A stretch of DNA of 14,397 nucleotides from Treponema sp. GTDB taxonomy: Bacteria; Spirochaetota; Spirochaetia; Treponematales; Breznakiellaceae. A program made the position numbers and the translations under genes. Numbering within the stretch: the first letter of the stretch is position 1; each line of letters opens with the position of its first letter. Of the stretch, positions 1 to 6,874 are shown one piece after another. The notes under the pieces were generated by a model, which was not told the DNA's origin, did not search any database, and saw nothing but the letters and a program-made list of their open reading frames with translations. Location of the stretch: NCBI GenBank assembly GCA_031266075.1, contig JAISBS010000066.1, forward strand, positions 1 through 14,397, given 5' to 3'.

Positions 1-62
1 AAAATATTTTATCAGGATTTTATCTTTTTGTGTAGAGTTTCCAGAGGCTCCCTATACTTAAT

Positions 63-620
63 TTGGGGAGTCTTATTGACATATTTGACGGAAAGGGCGC
101 CAGTAACTTGGCCAAAGGCTCAAGACTTGGCCTCATAGAGTTGAATATTACCGGGGATGGTGTCAAATTCGATTTGGGGACCGGCGGTATTGATGTTGGC
201 GGCGGCATATATGACTTTGCGGCGAATGTAACCAAAGACGATTGGCAAGCGGCATGGAACTTGACGAAAGATTTAACCAGGCAGCTTCTGAAATCTGTTG
301 GGATAGAGAATGGAAAGGCGACGAGAAAACTACAGGAAACAGCAACAAATGTAGTTTTAAGTACAAATCCTAACGAGAAGGTTCGAGAACAGATGAATCC
401 GTTTACCCCGTATCCTGATGCGGATCCTTTTGCCGGTGTGTCTTCTCCTCCTGAAGCAGAAGATATTAAACCATGGCAAATGTCTTTTGCCGGGGGAACA
501 TATTTGCCGGGATTTGGCGTCCAGGCATTCGTGGATCAAAGCCTTTTGACCGCATCACTAAACCTGACCGGAATGGGATTTAAAATATTTTACTACCGCA
601 ATGGGAATCAACAGAAATGA
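63..620 (+). CDS. hypothetical protein (orphan ORF, possibly a gene remnant)
   Basis: 185-codon ORF in the six-frame track. The only possible start is TTG at 63, with an in-frame stop at 33-35 just upstream. The only SD-like GGGGAG (65-70) lies inside the ORF. It sits in the AT-richer first ~830 nt. No domain is recognisable by eye. Confidence 0.3.
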   Translation: MGSLIDIFDGKGASNLAKGSRLGLIELNITGDGVKFDLGTGGIDVGGGIYDFAANVTKDDWQAAWNLTKDLTRQLLKSVGIENGKATRKLQETATNVVLSTNPNEKVREQMNPFTPYPDADPFAGVSSPPEAEDIKPWQMSFAGGTYLPGFGVQAFVDQSLLTASLNLTGMGFKIFYYRNGNQQK

Positions 621-741
621 GGTAGAAAATTATAAAAGGCGGGCTTGGGCATATTATATTGCCGCCGTTCAGAGTACAAACGATATGCTGAAAGAGGAAT
701 ATTTTGAAAAGGCAAGAATTGACAGCAATAGGGTTCGGGAA

Positions 742-787
742 TTATTAGATTTGTTTAAAAACTGAAGTTTTTGAACAAATCTAATAA
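742..787. repeat. Palindromic intergenic repeat copy a: TTATTAGAT-TTGTTTAAAAAC-TGAAG-TTTTTGAACAA-ATCTAATAA (21-nt arms)
   Basis: Inverted repeat read directly. Copies share the same core at 5563-5598, 11449-11484 and 11558-11593. It lies between convergent ORF 63-620 (+) and the GlcG-like gene (-), so it could act as a bidirectional terminator hairpin. Confidence 0.7.
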
Positions 788-905
788 ACCCCACTGCGAA
801 TAAACCGCGCATGACCGGTCTTTTTGCATCCCCCACGTGAAGCGGGTTTTGAGGTTGTTGATTTGCGGGGAGGCGCCCCATGTCAGGACTCTCCCCCGGC
901 GCTTA

Positions 906-1322
906 TCAGGTATGTGTTGCGAAGGTATCAAGCGCCGCATGGGCGATCTCTTCGTCCTCCTCCACGCTGCCGCCGCTTACCCCGATGCCGCCCACGGTTT
1001 TGCCCTTCACCTGGAGCGGAAAGCCGCCGCCAAAGATGACCAGCTTGTCGTTGGTTATGTTGATGCCGAAGGCGCTGCCTCCCACCTGGGCGATTTTCCC
1101 AAATTCCGCGGTGGATTGGCGCAACGTTGCGGCGGTATAGGCCTTTTTCGGAGAAATTTCCAGGCTGGGAAGAATGGCGTCCCCAAAACGCTGGAGCAGT
1201 CTGAGATTGCCGTTTTCATCACAAACGGAAAACGTTACCCCCACCCCCAGAGACCGGGATTTCTTTTTTGCCGCCTGGGCCAGGGTTTCGCAAATTTCTT
1301 CGGTTAAAATAACATCACTCAT
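906..1322 (-). CDS. GlcG/HbpS-like protein (DUF336, haem-binding/degrading family)
   Basis: 138 aa. The C-terminal block GGGFPLQVKGKTVGGIGVSGGSVEEDEEIAHAAL matches the conserved GGxP...G.IGAIGVSG...D...A motif of E. coli GlcG-type proteins. GGAGG lies 11 nt upstream of the ATG (1320-1322, - strand). Confidence 0.75.
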   Translation of the reverse strand: MSDVILTEEICETLAQAAKKKSRSLGVGVTFSVCDENGNLRLLQRFGDAILPSLEISPKKAYTAATLRQSTAEFGKIAQVGGSAFGINITNDKLVIFGGGFPLQVKGKTVGGIGVSGGSVEEDEEIAHAALDTFATHT

Positions 1323-1344
1323 GGGTATCGATACCTCCAGTACG

Positions 1345-1353
1345 AGTATAGCA
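1345..1353 (-). promoter_or_regulatory. Candidate extended -10 (TGcTATACT) for the GlcG-like gene
   Basis: The - strand reads cgTGcTATACTcgta about 22 nt upstream of the ATG. There is no good -35. This is sequence inspection only. Confidence 0.3.
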
Positions 1354-1385
1354 CGAAGCTATATTTCTGCCTATGGAATTCGTGT

Positions 1386-1432
1386 CTGTCCACAAAGTGC
1401 GAACCTTCGGTTCGAGGTTACTTTGTGGACAG
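1386..1432. promoter_or_regulatory. Perfect 13-bp inverted repeat (CTGTCCACAAAGT / ACTTTGTGGACAG) with a nested inner hairpin (CGAACC-TT-CGGTTCG), upstream of the GlcG-like promoter
   Basis: Read directly; arms at 1386-1398 and 1420-1432. It is positioned about -50 to -95 relative to the candidate GlcG promoter. No convergent transcription is evident, so an operator or activator site is more likely than a terminator. Confidence 0.4.
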
Positions 1433-1536
1433 GCCGCGGACTTTAGTCCGATGCATTTGCTCCCGTTTTGTACCAAAACGGTACGCAGCCAGTCAAATGC
1501 TCCACCCTGGCCTTGGAGCCATGAAGCCGCGAGGCC

Positions 1537-1565
1537 TTGCACGAAACCGTTTGCCGTGTTATATT
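1537..1565 (+). promoter_or_regulatory. Sigma70-type promoter for ssrA: TTGCAC-N17-TATATT
   Basis: -35 TTGCAC at 1537-1542, a 17-nt spacer, and -10 TATATT at 1560-1565. This lies about 30 nt upstream of the mature tmRNA 5' end and is consistent with a precursor trimmed by RNase P. Confidence 0.5.
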
Positions 1566-1595
1566 ATAAACAATCCATTTCCCCTGAAAGGGTTT

Positions 1596-1968
1596 GGGGG
1601 TGCCCCGGTTTCGACTGATACGGTTCGGGGTACAGGCTGCAGGTGGAGTCAGACGTAAAGTCTGCAGGCGAAAGCCTGTGCCGATCTCCTGATTCGGCGA
1701 CAATTTAACTGCCAACAACGACAGTTACGATTACGCCTTAGCTGCGTAACCGCGTGGAACCTTTCCGCCGCCTTGAGGAAGGGCTTCCGCGTCGCAATCA
1801 AGGCTGGCCGATCTCCGGTTCCGGACGGGGTAAGGTGAGAAAATCCCGGACTACGGGCAGGCCGCGTGCCGTTTAGCCAAGCCGGCCCCGACAATCCGAT
1901 AAACGGCTAAACCTGTAGAAGCCTGTATTTCGCGTATCAGGACGCGGGTTCGACTCCCGCCACCTCCA
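1596..1968 (+). ncRNA. ssrA: tmRNA (SsrA), one-piece, ~373 nt; encoded tag peptide ANNDSYDYALAA
   Basis: The 5' GGGGGUG (1596-1602) pairs with the 3' CACCUCC (1961-1967), including the G3:U wobble that is the alanyl identity element, followed by discriminator A1968; CCA is not encoded. The T-arm GGACGCGGGTTCGACTCCCGCC matches the tmRNA/tRNA T-loop consensus. The tag reading frame gcc aac aac gac agt tac gat tac gcc tta gct gcg TAA (about 1712-1750) ends in the canonical ALAA-stop. Confidence 0.85.
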
Positions 1969-2033
1969 GGCTTGCCGCTTCGCGGCGCCGGACCTCCGGA
2001 AAGGCGCCCGGTTCGGGTTCGGCTCCTTGCCGC

Positions 2034-3104
2034 CTACGCATTTTGCCGGGCGATTTCCTGGAACTGGTCCTGGAGGGCGATCACCGCATCGGTAACGACC
2101 GGATCAAATTGGGTTCCCCTGCCTTCGGAGATGATCCGCACCGCCTCATCGTAGGAGAAGGCTTCCTTGTATACCCTGGCGCAGACCAGAGCGTCGTACA
2201 CATCGGAAGGGGAAGCGATCCGGGCGGAAAGGGGAATCGCCGTTCCCCCAAGGCCCCTGGGATAGCCTTTTCCGTCAAACCGCTCGTGGTGGCACCAGGC
2301 AATATCCCGGCAGTGCTTCAGATAAATGGAATCCTCGTCCTTTACCGCCTTCATCATTTCTTCGATGATATTTTTCCCCACCGTGGTGTGGGTTTTCATA
2401 ATTTCAAATTCTTCCGGGTCGAGCCTGCCGGGTTTAAGGAGGATCTTGTCGGGGATGCCGATTTTTCCCACATCGTGGAGGGCCATGGATTTTACGATAA
2501 TGTCCGGCTCCTGGGCCCGGAGTTCCTCCGCGTATACCGAACCGGATTTTATCAGATAATCGATCAGGGCCCGGCAGAAAAACTGGGTCCGCTTGACATG
2601 ACTTCCGGATTCAAGGTTCCGGTATTCGATAATGTTCGCCAGAGCCTGGAGGGTATTGTCCAGTGTAGAAGTTACCTCCGCGGTTTTTTCGGCCACCATC
2701 TCTTCCAGGCTGTCGCTGTAATTTTTTAATTCAATCTGGTTTTTCACCCGGAGTTGTACGATCTGCGGGAAAAAGGGCTTGCTGATAAAATCCACCGCTC
2801 CGGCGGAAAGGGCTTCGCTTTCGGAATCCGAAGTAGTGATGAAAATAACCGGTATCCGCTTGAGATTGGCATCGGCCTTCAAAATTTCCAGCAACTGGTA
2901 GCCGTTCATTTCGGGCATAATAATATCCAGCAGAATGATCTTGGGGGGAATCTCGGCCTGGGACAAAACTTCAAGGGCCTCTTTTCCGTTTTCCGCGGTA
3001 ATGATGTTGTAGTTTTCCTTGAGAATTTCCTCAAGAATCAGACGGTTTGTTTCAACGTCGTCAACTACCAGCACGGTTGGATTTTCTTTAGGCATTTTGC
3101 GCAA
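2034..3104 (-). CDS. Response regulator with N-terminal REC domain and C-terminal HD-GYP domain (c-di-GMP phosphodiesterase class, RpfG-like)
   Basis: 356 aa. The REC signature is VLVVDDVETNRL...ILLDIIMPEMNG...KxP. The HD-GYP signatures are HDVGKIGIPD and HHERFDGKGYPRGL. The alternative start MPKEN (ATG at 3093-3095) sits only 2 nt after the Hpt stop codon. Confidence 0.9.
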   Translation of the reverse strand: MRKMPKENPTVLVVDDVETNRLILEEILKENYNIITAENGKEALEVLSQAEIPPKIILLDIIMPEMNGYQLLEILKADANLKRIPVIFITTSDSESEALSAGAVDFISKPFFPQIVQLRVKNQIELKNYSDSLEEMVAEKTAEVTSTLDNTLQALANIIEYRNLESGSHVKRTQFFCRALIDYLIKSGSVYAEELRAQEPDIIVKSMALHDVGKIGIPDKILLKPGRLDPEEFEIMKTHTTVGKNIIEEMMKAVKDEDSIYLKHCRDIAWCHHERFDGKGYPRGLGGTAIPLSARIASPSDVYDALVCARVYKEAFSYDEAVRIISEGRGTQFDPVVTDAVIALQDQFQEIARQNA

Positions 3105-3432
3105 TCACCTTGTCAATTTCTTTTATGGTTTCGTCAAACGTATGTTTCACCGTTTCGATCTGTTCAGAATTTACCGTACGGGCCTTGATGTGGACCTCCA
3201 GTTCGAGGATCTGCCTGAAAAATTCGATCAGGGATAAATTCGCCGCCACGCCTTTTATCGTATGGGCCGAGGTCTGGGCTTTTTCATAATCGCCCGCATG
3301 AAGGAAGCCGGTCAGGTCATCCAGGCTGGCGCTGGTCCTGAATTTGGCAAGCAGCGTATAGTACAGCGCCGCGTTATTCATTACCCGCGCAACGCCTTCT
3401 TCAATATTAATAAACACCGGCTCGTCAGCCAT
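3088..3432 (-). CDS. Stand-alone histidine phosphotransfer (Hpt) domain protein
   Basis: 114 aa with the AHTIKGVAANLSL motif (phospho-His in the HxxKG context). It lies immediately upstream of, and overlapping or abutting, the REC-HD-GYP gene on the same strand. GGGGAG lies 7 nt upstream of the ATG. Confidence 0.7.
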   Translation of the reverse strand: MADEPVFINIEEGVARVMNNAALYYTLLAKFRTSASLDDLTGFLHAGDYEKAQTSAHTIKGVAANLSLIEFFRQILELEVHIKARTVNSEQIETVKHTFDETIKEIDKVIAQNA

Positions 3433-3572
3433 TCGCGAACTCCCCGCCCATCTGAAATGTCAGAAACGGACTCTTATAGTCTAATACCATGGGCGCTGGA
3501 GCGTCCATACCCCCCCGGCGGCTCCAGACTTGACCGCCAAAGGATTTGTACCACCAGAGGGGGCGGGATCTT

Positions 3573-4766
3573 CTAAAAGCGCAGCCGGGCTTTGACGGTG
3601 AGGATAAAGCGGCTTCCCCCGGAAGCATCCGGCGGGATGGGGCCCAGTTCGCCCCGGCTGCCGTTTCCGGAAAAGAGGTCCCGGTCCAGGGGGGCCTGGG
3701 CGGAGAGGTTCAGGGTAAAGCCCTGAAAGAGTTCGTGTTCCGCGCCGAGGAGCGGTACAAAGGAAATGTCGCTGAACGAGGAAAGACAGGCCAGGGTGAA
3801 GCGGGTGTAATCGCTGTATAGCCAGGTCAGGCCGGTGTAGAGAAAATGTTCGCCGGAGAATCCGGCCAGATTGCCGCTCCGTACCGATGTGGAGGAGGCG
3901 GCGCCGTTGTAGAGATATTCCATCTGGACATACCACTTGCCGTCCGAAAAGGAATAGTCAAAGCCGCTGTTAAAGGAAAGGCCCTGGATATCCGCGCCGT
4001 CTTCGGGGTTATGGGTGTAAAGCATATCCACGGTAAAACCCAGTTCAATATCCGCCTTGAGGGAGAAGCCGCAGCGGTGTATGCCCTGGAGGGAACCGGG
4101 CTTTGGCAATTCAAAGGCGTAGAGGGCCTGGATACTGGCCTTGTCCCAGTGCTGATCTCCGGAGAATCCCGCCAGGCCTCCGTCTCCTTCCAGGGCCAGC
4201 GGATCCCTGGGCGCGGAGCCGAAAAGCTGAAGTTTCAGGGAATCCAGCGGATAGGCCGTAAGGGTTCCGCCCAATACCGCCCGGGGCCGGGCGTCGGGGA
4301 TCAGGGGATTTTTGGGGTTGAGAAAATCCGAGGGTCCGAAAACCTGCCCGTAACCAAAGGCGATCCGCATAAGGCCGCCGTCAAGATCCAGGTAATCGCC
4401 CGTGAGCCTGAAGTAAAGCCGTTCCAGTTCCAGCCCTGCGGCGTAGTTTTCCCCGGCGCTAAAAGCGGAGGGCGCGGGCCCTGGAGACGCGGCCCCCGCT
4501 CCCAACACGGCTGCCGCGGGACCGCCCGCCGCGGCGGTCAAATTCAGGGCCCCGTAAAAAGAAACGCCGTCCCGGGGCTTCGCCTGCATTCGCAGATTGG
4601 CGTATTCTTCAAGGCCGTAAAAAAAATCCGGCATACTGCCCGCCCCAGCCCCCAGGGTAACTGTCGTGTCCAGAATCCCCAAAAACTCCAGCCCCCCGGC
4701 CCAAAGCGCCCTGCCCGCCGTCAGGACCGCGCACAAACCGGCCAACAAAAATCTTTTTCCGCCCAT
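3573..4766 (-). CDS. Predicted outer-membrane beta-barrel protein (signal peptide; C-terminal ...ARLRF beta-signal)
   Basis: 397 aa. The N-terminus MGGKRFLLAGLCAVLTAGRALWA reads as a signal peptide. The body is rich in Gly/aromatic strand-like segments. The last residue is Phe with an alternating hydrophobic pattern (LTVKARLRF), typical of a BAM-recognised terminal strand. It starts 5 nt after the LolA-like stop. Confidence 0.55.
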   Translation of the reverse strand: MGGKRFLLAGLCAVLTAGRALWAGGLEFLGILDTTVTLGAGAGSMPDFFYGLEEYANLRMQAKPRDGVSFYGALNLTAAAGGPAAAVLGAGAASPGPAPSAFSAGENYAAGLELERLYFRLTGDYLDLDGGLMRIAFGYGQVFGPSDFLNPKNPLIPDARPRAVLGGTLTAYPLDSLKLQLFGSAPRDPLALEGDGGLAGFSGDQHWDKASIQALYAFELPKPGSLQGIHRCGFSLKADIELGFTVDMLYTHNPEDGADIQGLSFNSGFDYSFSDGKWYVQMEYLYNGAASSTSVRSGNLAGFSGEHFLYTGLTWLYSDYTRFTLACLSSFSDISFVPLLGAEHELFQGFTLNLSAQAPLDRDLFSGNGSRGELGPIPPDASGGSRFILTVKARLRF

Positions 4767-4771
4767 GATAA

Positions 4772-5527
4772 CTACCGTTCCAGATTCCGCTGGCTGAATA
4801 CCGAATCGGGGATGGGGCGGTCCAGAATGACATTCCGCATTACCAGCGTGGTCTTGCTGTTTTTCCGCAGAAGGTCCCGGATCTCAATCTCCACCGGGAA
4901 GCGGCGGCCTCCGAAAACTTCCACCCTGACAAGATTGTACTCTTTGAGTTTCGCCCCCGAAAGAGCGAAAAGTTCATAGTGGAGGCAGTCCCCGGTTTCC
5001 TTGTCGATCCAGAGTTTTTGTTTCGGGTAACTTTCGGTCCGCTTTTTCGCGGTGAGGTCCAGGATCCAGCAGTCCCGGCTTGCGCCGTTCATGATCCAGT
5101 CCGCGGAACCGCCGATGGCCGGATCATAGCGGGCCGAGAGCGTTTCGTTTTCGATTGTGTCTTCGTAGGACATATCGGAACCCATCATGCTTTCTTTCAG
5201 CATATGTCCTGAGATCAGCATCACTTCCTCGGTATCAGGCGAATACACGTAGAGCCGCCCGCCTTTTTTCAGGTACTTGGTTCCCCGGTCTCCGGGATTA
5301 ATAAATTCAACAAAACTGTCGGAATTTCCCCTGCCCCAGAAGTTCATGGTTTTTACAAACCGCTTGTTCTGATACTCGATGATCATATCCCCTTCGTATT
5401 CGATGGTGGTATAGATCTCGTTATCATCCACCCGCCGCAGCAGTTCCGCCGCCGAGGGCGTCTGCCCATACACGAATGAGCCCGCCATCACCGTAAACAA
5501 AACCGTCCATACCAGTGCTTTCATCAT
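4772..5527 (-). CDS. Secreted LolA-like protein (outer-membrane lipoprotein-sorting/carrier-like; PF17131-type call is tentative)
   Basis: 251 aa with signal peptide MMKALVWTVLFTVMAGSFVYGQ and a soluble, acidic mature part. It is positioned between an FtsX/MacB-type permease and an OMP gene, where LolA-like genes typically sit. The family assignment is from recollection and is not verifiable without an HMM search. Confidence 0.5.
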   Translation of the reverse strand: MMKALVWTVLFTVMAGSFVYGQTPSAAELLRRVDDNEIYTTIEYEGDMIIEYQNKRFVKTMNFWGRGNSDSFVEFINPGDRGTKYLKKGGRLYVYSPDTEEVMLISGHMLKESMMGSDMSYEDTIENETLSARYDPAIGGSADWIMNGASRDCWILDLTAKKRTESYPKQKLWIDKETGDCLHYELFALSGAKLKEYNLVRVEVFGGRRFPVEIEIRDLLRKNSKTTLVMRNVILDRPIPDSVFSQRNLER

Positions 5528-5562
5528 AAACCTCCCGTGTTTTTTTAGTCCTTTAACTGGAC

Positions 5563-5598
5563 TTGTTCAAAAACTGAAGTTTTTAAACAACTCTATTA
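5563..5598. repeat. Palindromic intergenic repeat copy b: TTGTTCAAAAAC-TGAAG-TTTTTAAACAA-CTCTATTA
   Basis: Read directly. It lies in the 68-nt gap between permease 2 and the LolA-like gene, and its 3' end overlaps the permease-2 stop codon (TAA at 5596-5598). On the - strand RNA the arms pair perfectly, with one G:U. Confidence 0.7.
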
Positions 5599-6864
5599 TC
5601 TCCGCAGCGCTTCCACCGGCTCGACGAACGCGCTTTTGAGAGACGGAAACAAAGTGCAGATCGAAGTGATCAGCACGCCGAAAACAAAACCCTGAAGCAG
5701 GATCACCGGATCAAAGACAAGGGTTATGGTTCCCGCTATGGGGAATTCCTTCATGCCGCCGCCGGTGAAGATGTCCAGTTCCAGGGGGAAGAAAGAAAGA
5801 GCCAGGGTTACCATGCCCCCCGCCACGCAGCCTGCCAGAGAACCCAGGACGCTGAGGAACACCGCTTCAAAGAAAAAGACCCGGACGATCTCGGCCCGGC
5901 TCATTCCCAGGCTCCCCATCATGCCGATCTCCTTGATCCGCTCGTGGATGATCATCACCACGGTGTTGACAATAAGAAAGCTCGCCACAATAAGAAAGAC
6001 CAGGTAGACCACCGTAAAAATCATCATGCTCTGCCGCATCAGGATCACAAAATAATTATCCCGCCAGTCCCGGACTACGTTGTCTTTCCCCAGCAGGGTT
6101 TTGAATTGCGCGGTCAGGTTCCGGCTTTGGGAGGCGTCTTCGGCATAGATAAAAAGCTGCTGGGTTCCTTCTTCCAGCGCGAGGAGCCGCTGGAGCCGGG
6201 CAAAGTCAACGATGATTGCGTCTTCGTCATACTTGAGGTAATCGAACCGGAATATCCCGGTAATAACCGGGCTCCACATCTTGTCGGAGAACTGGGCCGA
6301 CACGGTTTTAAGGGGCAGGCGGTCGCCCACCCGGAGCCCGGCTTTTTCGGCCATCCTGACCCCGATGGCGCACTCGTTGGCCTCCGGTTCGGGGTAGCGG
6401 CCCGCCGCAAGACCTGAGTCCCGGCGGGTAAGGTTAAAGTTGTTCAGGGCCAGTTCCTCCCGGGCCTTGATGCCCCACAGAAACGCGTGTTTCACCGTGC
6501 TGTCCTGAAGGGTGGCGTAGGCGGTAATCCGGGGAAGAACAGCCTTTACCCCGCTGAAATTCAGCGCCCGGCGCTCCAGTTCCGCTACGGAAAGGCCCCC
6601 GGCAACGGGAAACCAGACGGGGTAATATTCTTTCTCCGCCTCGTAACGGGAGGAAACCACGCTCACATGGCCGGTGTCAAAAGTACAAACCACTTCTTCT
6701 ACGTTGTCCTTCATCCCCACCATCCAGGCCTGCATAAACACCGTAAAGAACACCGCGATAGCCGCCGCGCTGATGCAGAACAGCGTCCGCCGCCGGTTCC
6801 GCAAAATATTCCGGTACGCGATCTTGATGAGCGTCCCCGCCCCGCCAATTTTCATGCTGCTCAT
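5596..6864 (-). CDS. ABC transporter permease, FtsX/MacB/LolC-E type (4 TM plus periplasmic domain)
   Basis: 422 aa. N-terminal TM1 (RRTLFCISAAAIAVFFTVF), a periplasmic domain of about 200 aa, and a C-terminal 3-TM FtsX bundle (MMIFTVVYLVFLIVASFLIV ... ). A strong RBS AAGGAGG lies 5 nt upstream of the ATG at 6862-6864. Confidence 0.85.
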   Translation of the reverse strand: MSSMKIGGAGTLIKIAYRNILRNRRRTLFCISAAAIAVFFTVFMQAWMVGMKDNVEEVVCTFDTGHVSVVSSRYEAEKEYYPVWFPVAGGLSVAELERRALNFSGVKAVLPRITAYATLQDSTVKHAFLWGIKAREELALNNFNLTRRDSGLAAGRYPEPEANECAIGVRMAEKAGLRVGDRLPLKTVSAQFSDKMWSPVITGIFRFDYLKYDEDAIIVDFARLQRLLALEEGTQQLFIYAEDASQSRNLTAQFKTLLGKDNVVRDWRDNYFVILMRQSMMIFTVVYLVFLIVASFLIVNTVVMIIHERIKEIGMMGSLGMSRAEIVRVFFFEAVFLSVLGSLAGCVAGGMVTLALSFFPLELDIFTGGGMKEFPIAGTITLVFDPVILLQGFVFGVLITSICTLFPSLKSAFVEPVEALRR

Positions 6865-6874
6865 ATATACCTCC

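Noticed and set aside
669-940. Small - strand ORFs (70 and 61 aa) downstream of the GlcG-like gene
   Set aside because: They run through the long palindromic repeat at 742-787 and have no RBS. Their composition is low-complexity, so they are likely non-coding.
1324-1335. Perfect 12-bp palindrome GGTATCGATACC between the SD and start codon of the GlcG-like gene
   Set aside because: A 12-bp perfect palindrome is expected a few times by chance in 14 kb. It contains a ClaI-like ATCGAT core and has no partner or repeat elsewhere in the window.
1373-1658. Two overlapping + strand ORFs (81 and 77 aa) across the ssrA promoter and the 5' part of the tmRNA
   Set aside because: They overlap a confidently identified tmRNA and its promoter and have no RBS. 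The reading frames are a by-product of the GC-rich structured RNA.
1984-2008. GGCGCC...GGCGCC hairpin between the convergent ssrA and response-regulator genes as a bidirectional terminator
   Set aside because: A stem is present but no U-tract follows on either strand. This is too weak to call a terminator.
2043-2729. 228-aa + strand ORF antisense to the REC-HD-GYP gene
   Set aside because: No motifs. The opposite strand carries clear REC and HD-GYP signatures.
3491-3522. 7-bp stem CTGGAGC...GCTCCAG with an 18-nt loop in the OMP/Hpt intergenic region
   Set aside because: The stem is short with a large loop and no U-run. It could be chance and has no clear assignment as terminator or operator.
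3846-4979. 377-aa + strand ORF overlapping the OMP and LolA-like genes in antisense
   Set aside because: Highly basic Gly/Arg/Pro-rich product. The - strand ORFs have signal peptides, sensible composition and tight operon spacing.
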